Shown here one piece after another: positions 10,618 through 18,798 of a stretch of DNA of 64,000 nucleotides. Positions within the stretch are counted from its first letter, which is position 1; each line of letters starts with the position of its first letter. A program made the translations under genes and the position numbers. The notes under the pieces are model-generated. The model searched no databases and was not told the DNA's origin. It saw nothing but the letters and a program-made list of their open reading frames with translations. The stretch is from an uncultured Chloroflexia bacterium. Its GTDB lineage: Bacteria; Chloroflexota; Limnocylindria; Limnocylindrales; CSP1-4. Where the stretch lies: positions 224,001 through 288,000 of the forward strand of contig CAVTHS010000014.1 in assembly GCA_963734535.1 (NCBI GenBank), written 5' to 3'.

Positions 10618-12042
10618 CTAGAAGACGAAGCCGAAGAGCCCGGGCGGCAGGTGAATCCCCTGCACCTCGAACTTCTCGACGAACTTGGGACGGATCCCCG
10701 TCGGCTTCAGGCGACCCTGGATCTTGCCCTCGACGACGCCCGTCTGCTCGAAGACGAAGACATCCTGCATCACGATCACGTCACCTTCCATCCCCTGGAC
10801 CTCGGTGATGTTCGTGATCCGCCGCGTTCCGTCCTTGAGCCGGGCCTGGTGCACGATGAGGTCGACGGCCGACGAAACCTGTTCGCGAATGGCACGCAGC
10901 GGGAGATCCACGCCGGCCATCAGGACCATCGTCTCCAGGCGCGACAGCATGTCGCGCGGGCTGTTGGCGTGGCCGGTGGACATCGAGCCGTCGTGGCCCG
11001 TGTTCATGGCCTGGAGCATGTCCAGGGCCTCGCCGGAGCGGCACTCTCCCACGATGATCCGGTCGGGCCGCATCCGGAGCGCGTTCCGGACCAGCTCGCG
11101 GATCGGGATCTGGCCCTTGCCCTCGATGTTCGGGGGGCGGGACTCCAGCGTGACCACGTGCTCCTGGCGAAGCTGCAGCTCGGCCGCGTCCTCGATCGTG
11201 ATGATCCGCTCGTCGTTCGGGATGAACGAGGAGAGCACGTTGAGCGTGGTGGTCTTGCCGGAGCCGGTCCCGCCGGAGACGAAGATGTTGAGTCGAGCCT
11301 CGACGCAGGCCTTGAGGAAGTCGAACATGTCCGGGGTTGCCGTGCCGAACCGGATCAGGTCGTCCACCGTGAACGGGGACGCGGCGAACTTCCGGATGGT
11401 GACGACCGGGCCAACCAGGGAGAGGGGAGGGATGATTGCGTTGACGCGGGATCCGTCGGTCAGCCGCGCATCGACCATCGGGCTCGACTCGTCCACGCGG
11501 CGGCCGATCGGGGCGATGATCCGGTCGATGATCCGCATGACGTGGTCGTCGTTCTGGAACACGACGTTCGTCAGCTCCAGCTTGCCGCTCCGCTCGATGT
11601 AGACCTGGCGCGGGCCGTTGACCATCACCTCGGTGATGGTCTCGTCGCGCAGGAGCGGCTCCAGCGGGCCAAGGCCGATGATCTCGTCGGTGATCTGCTC
11701 CAGCATCCGGACCCGCTCGGCGCGGGTGAGGGCCAGGCCCTCCTCGTCGATGACCTTGCCGAAGATCTCCTCGATCTGGCGCCGAACCTCGACCTGGTTG
11801 GAGAGGTCGAGCTTGGGGTCCAGGTCCTGGATGACCCGCGACTGGATCCGGAACTTGACGTCGCGGAAGGACTCGCGCACCGGCGCCGACGACATGAGGC
11901 GCTGGCTGCTGGGCGCGGCGGCCGGGGGCGCGGTGGGCTGCCCTCCACCCGGTCCCCCCGCGGGAGAGCCGGCGGGCGCGGCCGGCGTCACGGGTCCTGT
12001 TCCCCCGGGCCTCGCACTCTCGATTCGCTTCAGCAGGGACAT
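10618..12042 (-). CDS. cpaF: Tad pilus assembly ATPase CpaF/TadA
   Basis: GLGPLEPLL, Walker A GGTGSGKTT, IEDAAEL, NALRMRPDRIIVGE, MNTGHDGS. Confidence 0.97.
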   Translation of the reverse strand: MSLLKRIESARPGGTGPVTPAAPAGSPAGGPGGGQPTAPPAAAPSSQRLMSSAPVRESFRDVKFRIQSRVIQDLDPKLDLSNQVEVRRQIEEIFGKVIDEEGLALTRAERVRMLEQITDEIIGLGPLEPLLRDETITEVMVNGPRQVYIERSGKLELTNVVFQNDDHVMRIIDRIIAPIGRRVDESSPMVDARLTDGSRVNAIIPPLSLVGPVVTIRKFAASPFTVDDLIRFGTATPDMFDFLKACVEARLNIFVSGGTGSGKTTTLNVLSSFIPNDERIITIEDAAELQLRQEHVVTLESRPPNIEGKGQIPIRELVRNALRMRPDRIIVGECRSGEALDMLQAMNTGHDGSMSTGHANSPRDMLSRLETMVLMAGVDLPLRAIREQVSSAVDLIVHQARLKDGTRRITNITEVQGMEGDVIVMQDVFVFEQTGVVEGKIQGRLKPTGIRPKFVEKFEVQGIHLPPGLFGFVF

Positions 12043-12088
12043 TGTCCAACCACCCCTTCAGCCCCCGAGGGGACGAAATCCGGCGTTC

Positions 12089-13330
12089 CTAGCGCCATGC
12101 GAACAGCGACTTTCGCGGAGCCTGCTTGCGGGCCCCGTCGCGTACCTTCTCCGGCTCCCCGGTCAGCGTCCGGGCCAGGCGAAGGATGTCCTGCGAGACC
12201 TGCGCCTCGCGGTTGCTCAGGAAGAACGGTACTCCCCGGTTGAGCGCATACACAACACTCCGGCCGTCGCTGACGACCGTGTGGTCCACCTTGCGGCCGA
12301 TCGAGTGCTCCACGTCCGCGACGCGGATCCCCAGGGCGGAATCCGCCCGGTTGAGGACCAGCTGCACCTTGTCCGCCGGGTAGCCCAGCTGGTCGGAGAC
12401 CTCGAGGAAGAGCCGCAGGTTCTTGATGCTCGTGATCTCGAGCGTCAGGACGGTCAGGATGGTGTCGGCGATGTCGAGGATGGCCAGCGTGGCGTCGCTG
12501 AACGACGACGCACAATCGACGACCACGAGGTCGTAGCGGCCGCGGAGCACCTCGAGGACCCGCTTGGCAGCCGACGGCGTCACGGTCTCGGCCAGCTCCG
12601 GCGAGGGTGGGGCCAGGAGCACCTTGAGGCCCGACGAGTGGGTCATCAGGAAGGTGTCGAGCAATTCGGGCTCACCGCCCGCTTCGAGCTCGGGCACCAG
12701 GTCGGCGATCGACTTGTTCTTCGGGTTGAGGTTGAGCAGCACCCCGACGTCGCCGAACTGGAACGAGCCGTCGACCAGGGCGACCCGGCTGCCGGGCTCG
12801 GACGCGGCCGCGACCGCAACGTTCACGGCGATCGTGGTCCGGCCCACGCCGCCCTTCGGCGAGAACACGGCCACGATCCGTCCCGGCTCGTGGGCCGCTG
12901 CCGCTGCCCGGGCGACGAGCGCCGCCGGTGCGCCGTACCGCACCCGCTTCTCGTGCTCGCGGAGGTGGACCTGGCGAATCGACGCCGTCAGCTCGTCGGA
13001 GCTGAAGGGCTTGACCAGGAATTCGCGGGCCCCCGCCAGCATGGACCGCCGGAGATAGTCCGCCTCGCCCTGGACGGACATCATCACGATCGCGGTGGTG
13101 GGGACCTGCGCGGAGAGCAGCTCCGTCGCGGTGATCCCGTCCATGTCCGGCATGTTGATATCCATCAGGACCACATCGGGCTGGAGCGCGGCGGCCATCT
13201 GGAGCGCCTCTGCGCCGGACGCCGCGGCTCCCACGACCTCGACGTCCTTCTCGAAGCCAAGCAGCTTCGTCAGGTGGTCGCGCGTCTCCGGGATGTCGTC
13301 GACGATCAGGACGCGGATCTGGTCACTCAT
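12089..13330 (-). CDS. cpaE: CpaE/TadZ: receiver domain + MinD/ParA-like ATPase
   Basis: N-terminal LIVDD..VLMDINMPDMDG..LVKPF; C-terminal FSPKGGVGRTT, QFGDV, LNR; lies upstream of cpaF. Confidence 0.9.
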   Translation of the reverse strand: MSDQIRVLIVDDIPETRDHLTKLLGFEKDVEVVGAAASGAEALQMAAALQPDVVLMDINMPDMDGITATELLSAQVPTTAIVMMSVQGEADYLRRSMLAGAREFLVKPFSSDELTASIRQVHLREHEKRVRYGAPAALVARAAAAAHEPGRIVAVFSPKGGVGRTTIAVNVAVAAASEPGSRVALVDGSFQFGDVGVLLNLNPKNKSIADLVPELEAGGEPELLDTFLMTHSSGLKVLLAPPSPELAETVTPSAAKRVLEVLRGRYDLVVVDCASSFSDATLAILDIADTILTVLTLEITSIKNLRLFLEVSDQLGYPADKVQLVLNRADSALGIRVADVEHSIGRKVDHTVVSDGRSVVYALNRGVPFFLSNREAQVSQDILRLARTLTGEPEKVRDGARKQAPRKSLFAWR

Positions 13331-13449
13331 GCGATGGCCGGTGCGGTTCCTTCGGATGCTGTGGTTGGGTCACGGGTCGTTGTGGATCAGGGTCGGAGAT
13401 GAAGGGCGGTCCGATCGGGCCGCCGCTCATCCTGGCGAGCGCTGAACGA

Positions 13450-14344
13450 TCAGGGCTGTTCGGTGAGGATGATCTTCGGCGGAATGACGCCGTAGCTGTC
13501 GACGAGCTGGCGCAGCGTGATGCCCGTCGTCTTGACCGCCGGTGCGTCCTTGTCCTTCGGCGATCGGAGGACCAGGGACAGGTTGCCGTCCAGCTGGGTG
13601 AACCGGGCCAGCGACTCCGCCTGCTGGGCCGTCAGTGCCAGGATCACGATCTGCGCCTGGCCGTCGAGGCGGTCGTGGCTTCCGGTGTCGTCCCGGTCGT
13701 TCCCTGCGCCGCGCCCTGCTGGGCCACCGGCGGCGGCAGGATGGTGCCGACCACCTGCACGTTCTGCACCAGGACCTTGACGGTCGTGCTGTTGAGAAGG
13801 TGTTCACGGTGGCGAAATTGCGCACGGTGGACGGAGGCTCACCCTCCTTCGTGGGGGCCTTCTCCACGACGACCGGGTTCTTGGTTGGGTCGTTCATCGA
13901 GAGGACGACGTCCACGCGGTCGCCCGGCTTGATCAGCGTGCCGACGCCGGAGACCTGGTCCACCTGGACCGACACGCCGCCGAGCCCGGGATCAAGGAGC
14001 TGCGCCACGTCGACGAGGGACGCGGCGGCGCTGAACGTCGAGGTGGAGATGTAGCCCCCGGACGTCACGTCCGTGCGGACGATCTTGCCGATGACCGCCT
14101 CCGGCAGTGCGAACGAATCCGCCGGCTTGTCGGCGATCGGGACGTCCTTGGTTGCCACCATCGCTCCGGTGATGGTGGTGCCCAGCGGGATGTCCTGGGC
14201 CGCAACCACGATCTTGGCCGTGGTGGGCTCGGCGGGCGTGCCAGTGCCCGAGGTGCCGTTGTTGGTGAGGAGGATCACCCCCACGAAGGCGACCACGGCC
14301 AGGAACAGGCCGATCAGCAGGATGAGCCGGTTGCTCCGCTTCAA
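13450..14344 (-). CDS. cpaB: Flp pilus assembly protein CpaB/RcpC (frameshift near 13790)
   Basis: N-terminal TM, SAF-like VVAAQDIPLG, VSGVGTLIKPGDRVDV; C-terminal LALT.QQAE..LSLVLRS in a second frame; TTG start. Confidence 0.85.
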
Positions 14345-14508
14345 GGTTCTTCTCCCAGGTCTGCCGGGTGACAGGTGGCACCACTGTAGCATCGTGCAAA
14401 GGCGGCGCGACTATACGAAAGGCCTAGGACCACTAGGAGGAAATGGTCGGAAATCGCTCAGCGATGCCACCCGAAGGAGCGTCGGCTCGGGATCGGGCCG
14501 TCGAAGAG

Positions 14509-14551
14509 ACAGAGAAGGGCCGCCGGGTCAAACCCGACGGCCCCTATCTGT
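14509..14551 (-). terminator. Intrinsic terminator downstream of the major flp pilin
   Basis: Minus strand GGGGCCGTCGGGT-TTG-ACCCGGCGGCCC followed by a pyrimidine-rich TTCTCTGTCTCTT tail. Confidence 0.65.
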
Positions 14552-14563
14552 GCGTGCGTGGTG

Positions 14564-14749
14564 CTAGATCGAGCTGCCGACGGTGCTCAGGACCTTGCTG
14601 ACCTGGCCGCCGAGGAAGATGAGGGCGACGATCGCGAGGATCGCGATCAGGGCGAGGATCAGCGCGTACTCCGCGAGTCCCTGGCCCTCCTCATCGCGGA
14701 CGAAAAGCGAAGAGATGAGTGCATACAGACGAGTCATTGTGTTGTTCAC
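14564..14749 (-). CDS. flp: Flp family type IVb/IVc pilin 1 (probable major pilin)
   Basis: RDEEGQG|LAEYALILALIA Flp motif; strong AAGGAGGTGA RBS. Confidence 0.93.
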   Translation of the reverse strand: MNNTMTRLYALISSLFVRDEEGQGLAEYALILALIAILAIVALIFLGGQVSKVLSTVGSSI

Positions 14750-14872
14750 CTCCTTCCCTGACGAAGGTCCCCCGCCGAGGCGGGAGCCGCGGTCCCGAGG
14801 GACCGAAACGCGTCGGGGACGCGATCGTCGACGATAGGTATCGAACCCGGCGTCGCCTCAAAGCGCTCCCGA

Positions 14873-14901
14873 AGGCTAGATTTGGTCTCGTTGCCTGTCA
14901 A
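14873..14901 (-). promoter_or_regulatory. Sigma70-type promoter of flp pilin 1
   Basis: Minus strand TTGACA-17 nt-TAGCCT. Confidence 0.65.
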
Positions 14902-14956
14902 GGACCCCGATGGTCCGGTGGTGCGCCGCCGCGCCAATCGCGGCGACTCGTGGGGG

Positions 14957-15127
14957 TCAGAGAGAGTTCCCGAGCGTGCTCAGGGTCTTGCTGATCTGTC
15001 CGCCCATGAAAAGCAAAGCGACGATCGAAAGGATCGCGATCAGCGCGAGGATCAGCGCGTACTCGGCAAGGCCCTGGCCCTCGTCATCGAGGCGCAGCCA
15101 CGCCCAGATCGAGCTGATGAGTGGCAT
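14957..15127 (-). CDS. flp: Flp family pilin 2
   Basis: MPLISSIWAWLRLDDEGQG|LAEYALILALIAILSIVALLFMGGQISKTLSTLGNSL; GGGAG RBS. Confidence 0.9.
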   Translation of the reverse strand: MPLISSIWAWLRLDDEGQGLAEYALILALIAILSIVALLFMGGQISKTLSTLGNSL

Positions 15128-15282
15128 AGGCTCATCTCCCTGGATGATTGCGGCGCCCCACAATTCGGGGCGAACCAAGACTACCCGATCGGTTTGCGAG
15201 GATTCCACTGGCCAAAGGTCCCGATTGCCGTCGGTCACCATGGGCCTTTTGCCTCCGGGTCCGTCGCCGGGCGGCGGGCCGA

Positions 15283-15453
15283 CTAGATCGACTTGCCGAC
15301 GGTGCTCAGGACCTTGCTGACCTGGCCGCCGAGGAAGATGAGGGCGACGATCGCGAGGATCGCGATCAGGGCGAGGATCAGGGCGTACTCCGCGAGTCCC
15401 TGGCCCTCCTCGTCGGAATGGAGCCACGTGTAGATCGAGCTGATGAGTGCCAC
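15283..15453 (-). CDS. flp: Flp family pilin 3
   Basis: (V)ALISSIYTWLHSDEEGQG|LAEYALILALIA...; AAGGGAG RBS; mature part nearly identical to pilin 1. Confidence 0.9.
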   Translation of the reverse strand: MALISSIYTWLHSDEEGQGLAEYALILALIAILAIVALIFLGGQVSKVLSTVGKSI

Positions 15454-15596
15454 GGCTACGACTCCCTTGTGACCGCCTGGATGATTGCGCCCCTGATAGG
15501 TCGGGGCCAACGCGGAGTGTGCACTCCTGCGCAACGGCGGACCAATAGTCCATAAGTACTTACGGGTGGGCACACAGGCAGGGATCGTGGCTTCCC

Positions 15597-15758
15597 TCAG
15601 CCCGACTTGTCGATCTCCGTGCCGATGAGGCTCAGCGCCCAGGCGATCTGCGGCTCGAAGAAGAGCAGCGCGATGACCGCGATGATCACGACGAGGGCGA
15701 GGATCAGGGCATACTCCACGATCCCCTGGCCCGCGTTGGCAACCGGCGCCCGCTTCAT
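15597..15758 (-). CDS. Divergent Flp-like pilin 4 (53 aa, not in the ORF track)
   Basis: Manual translation MKRAPVANAGQG|IVEYALILALVVIIAVIALLFFEPQIAWALSLIGTEIDKSG*; ATG overlaps the kinase stop (ATGA). Confidence 0.85.
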   Translation of the reverse strand: MKRAPVANAGQGIVEYALILALVVIIAVIALLFFEPQIAWALSLIGTEIDKSG

Positions 15759-16951
15759 CCCTCGTCGGCGGCGGATGCCTCGTCGGCCGTCGGCGGGATC
15801 GGGACCACGACCTCGATGGTCTGCCCGTCGGCGGCCACGCCGACGCGGCCCCCCAGCGCCGTGGCGCGGTCCGTGATCTCGCGCCGGACCTCGGCCGGCA
15901 CGCCGCCCGCGGCGACGACGGCCGCGCGATCGGCGCGCCGCGTCTCGATCATCGTCACGAGCGCGGCCGGCACGTCGGCGGCGGGCGCGGGAAGCACCGG
16001 CTCCTCGTCGCGCGACGCGATGTGCGCCCGGACGGTGGTCGTCAGCTCGGTGGCGCCCCAGAACAGGGTGACCGTGACGCGCTCCGGGCGGGTCGCGGTG
16101 AGGGCCGTGACCGACTCGTCGACGATGCGGAAGACGGCGCTCTCCAGCTCCATCGGGAGCCGTCGCTCCGGGCCCAGCGAGTCGAACTCCACCGGGACCT
16201 GGGCGCGCCTGCTGCGGTCGCGAGCCACCCGTCGGAGCGTCGGGACGAGGCCCAGGTCGTCGAGCACCATCGGACGGACGTCGAAGATGAACGTCTTCGT
16301 CGTGTCGAGCGTGCGCTGGACCATGCCCACCAGCTCGTGAACCTCCGCGCGGGCAGCCGCCGGATCGCGGTCGATCAGCCGCTCCACGATCTGCGCCTGG
16401 AGGACGATGTTGGTCAGGCTCTGGGCGGGACCGTCGTGCATCGCACGCGAGATGTCGCGACGAAGGTCCTCGAGCGCCGACTGCAGGACGCGGTACATCG
16501 ATGCCGATGCGATCCCGGCTCCCGCGGCCGCGGGGGTGCCGGGCGTTCCGGGCGCCGCCGACCCGGCGGCCGCGGGCGCGACCCGCGCAGGTTCCAGGCC
16601 CGCGAGCGTGGCCACCTCGCCGCGCAGGTTCGCCAGGCCGTCGCGGTAGCGCATCAGGACCTTCTGCTTGCCCTGCAGGACCTCGATCTGGGCGTCCATG
16701 AGCGCGAATCGCTTGGTGAGCGTGACGAGCTGGGCGTTCTGTTCCGCGATCTCGGCCCGGTCCGCGCCCGGCGTGGCGATCAGGGCAGAGAGCTTCTCCG
16801 CGAGGTGGGCGCGCTTCTGCTCGTGGCGGCCGGACTCGCTGCGGGCCTGCCCGGCCAGGAGATCGATCTCGGAAAGCTCGCGCTCCAGGCCCGCGACCTC
16901 ACGGTCGAGAGCCGCCGCGAGGTCGGCAGGGGTGCGCGCGGGCTCCGTCAT
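15755..16951 (-). CDS. DegS-like cytoplasmic histidine kinase (HisKA_3) with a degenerate ATPase domain
   Basis: Coiled-coil N-terminus; RRDISRAMHDGPAQSLTN, FDVRPMVLDDLGLVPTL; N and G boxes not recognisable. Confidence 0.8.
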   Translation of the reverse strand: MTEPARTPADLAAALDREVAGLERELSEIDLLAGQARSESGRHEQKRAHLAEKLSALIATPGADRAEIAEQNAQLVTLTKRFALMDAQIEVLQGKQKVLMRYRDGLANLRGEVATLAGLEPARVAPAAAGSAAPGTPGTPAAAGAGIASASMYRVLQSALEDLRRDISRAMHDGPAQSLTNIVLQAQIVERLIDRDPAAARAEVHELVGMVQRTLDTTKTFIFDVRPMVLDDLGLVPTLRRVARDRSRRAQVPVEFDSLGPERRLPMELESAVFRIVDESVTALTATRPERVTVTLFWGATELTTTVRAHIASRDEEPVLPAPAADVPAALVTMIETRRADRAAVVAAGGVPAEVRREITDRATALGGRVGVAADGQTIEVVVPIPPTADEASAADEG

Positions 16952-16962
16952 CCGGTTGAGCG

Positions 16963-17700
16963 TCAGTCCTCCGGCATCCGGATCCAGCCCTGGCGCATGG
17001 CGTAGACCACGGCCTGGGTCCGGTCGTTGACGGAGAGCTTCCGAAGGATGGAGCTCATGTGGTTCTTGACCGTCTGCTCGCTGATCGAGAGCGCGTAGGC
17101 GACCTGCTTGTTGGTCATGCCCTGGGCGATGTTGTCAAGGATCTCCACCTCGCGCGGCGACAGCGGGGCGAAGATCGGGGCCGCCTCCTGGCCGTAGACG
17201 GCCAGCTCCCGGAACTCCTTGAGCACGCGGCTGGCCACGGCCGGCTTGGCGAAGACCTTGTCGTTGATCAGGAACTCGCCGTCGCTCACTCGCCGGATGA
17301 TCGTCACCAGGTCGTCCGGGCCGACGTTCTTGAGGATGAATGCCGCGGCCCCTGCGCGGATCGCCTGGAAGAGCGCCTCCTCGTCCTCGTCGGACGCGAG
17401 GATGATGATCCCGGTCGCGGGCAGGTCCCGCTTGATCCGCTGTGTCGCCTCGATCCCGCCGGGAGCCGGGAGCGAGAGGTCCATCAGGATGATCGCGGGA
17501 TCCGTCTCCAGGGCCGCGTCGTGGGCCGTGCGACCGTCCTCGGCCTCGCCCACGATCTCGAAGTCGGGCTCGCGCTCCAGGATCGCCCGCATGCCGACAC
17601 GGACCAGGGCGTGGTCGTCGACGATCAGGATGCGGATCCGTTCGCCCACCGCGCGCCGGTCGGGGCCGCCCCGCCGACGGTCGGGCCCACCATACGACAT
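16963..17700 (-). CDS. NarL/DegU-family response regulator (REC + LuxR HTH)
   Basis: LIVDDH, ILMDL, FILK; LSPREVEIL..IAQGMTNKQVA..L.ISEQTVKNHMSSILRKL. Confidence 0.95.
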   Translation of the reverse strand: MSYGGPDRRRGGPDRRAVGERIRILIVDDHALVRVGMRAILEREPDFEIVGEAEDGRTAHDAALETDPAIILMDLSLPAPGGIEATQRIKRDLPATGIIILASDEDEEALFQAIRAGAAAFILKNVGPDDLVTIIRRVSDGEFLINDKVFAKPAVASRVLKEFRELAVYGQEAAPIFAPLSPREVEILDNIAQGMTNKQVAYALSISEQTVKNHMSSILRKLSVNDRTQAVVYAMRQGWIRMPED

Positions 17701-17706
17701 GGACGC

Positions 17707-18781
17707 CTACCTCCTCACGATCCCGACGGGAATGGCGAGCCGGACCACGGTGCCCCCGGACGGGTGGGATCGTACCTCGAAGCGCGCGCCGATCAGCTCC
17801 GCCCGGTCGCGCATGAACTGCAGCCCGAAGCTGCGACGACCGCGGGCGCTCACGGCGTCGATGTCGAAGCCGCGCCCGTCGTCGGTCACCTCCAGCGTCC
17901 ACCCGTCGTCGTCGAGGCGGGTGCTCACTCGCACGACGCTTCGCCTCGGCGTGGCGGCGCACGTTCTGGAGGGCTTCCTGCATGACGCGGAGGACCACCA
18001 CCTGGCCCTCGTCGGAGAGCTGGCTGGCGGGCGCGGCAAGGTCCGTCTCGATCGTGGCGCCGGTGAGCGCACGCATCGTCGCGACGCCGTCCTCGATGGA
18101 TCCATCCAGCCCGAGCTCGGCCAGGAGCGGCGGGCGCAGCTGGGTGATGAAGGCGCGCACGTCGTCCAGCTGGCGGCGCAGGCGCTCCCGCAGGAAGCGA
18201 ATCTCCGCGCGCACGGTGCCCGGATCGGTGTCGAGGACCCGCTCGATGTAGTCGGCCTGGAAGATCGCGTTCACGAGCGCCTGCGCGGGGCCATCGTGGA
18301 CCTCCTGGGCCAGGCGGAGGCGCTCCGCCTCCCGGGCCTCGACCAGCCGCATCCGCAGGTCGTCGGGGAGGTCCGGCGCGGACGGGTCGCCCTGCAGCGT
18401 GGCATCGCCCCGTTCCAGGAAGAGCCACGTACGTTCCAGCCCGCGGACCGCAAGCTCCAGGCGCGAGAGCTCGGTCCCGCGCTCGCCCAGCTCGCTGGCC
18501 CCGAGGGCGACGGTCCGCCGAAGCCCGCCGGAATGGGTCGGTTCGCCGGTGGCCGTTCCATTGCCCGATGTTGCCCCGAGCGCGTCGAGCTCCTCGCGGT
18601 CCAGCTCGTCGTGCTCGGCGTGCCACGACGCGAGGTCCGCGTGGTACGCCTCGCGATACTGCTCGGTGAGGGCGCGCAGCGTGTTGGCGGCATAGCCAAG
18701 CGCGGACTTGGCCTCCGCGTAGACGCTGTCGAAGCGGCCCGTCCCGACATCCCCGGCCCCGATCTCGGCGCTCATCTCCAT
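17707..18781 (-). CDS. DegS-like cytoplasmic histidine kinase (HisKA_3 + HATPase); frameshift near 17940
   Basis: EAERLRLAQEVHDGPAQAL, LRPPLL.ELGL, QEALQNVRRHA; then VTDDGRGF, FGL..M.DRA...G, GGTVV in a second frame. Confidence 0.85.
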
Positions 18782-18798
18782 CGCAGTATACGGGCCGG

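Noticed and set aside
15130-15280. c-di-GMP riboswitch upstream of flp genes
   Set aside because: A GCAAACC-like word is present on the minus strand, but the P2/GNRA and receptor consensus could not be built by eye
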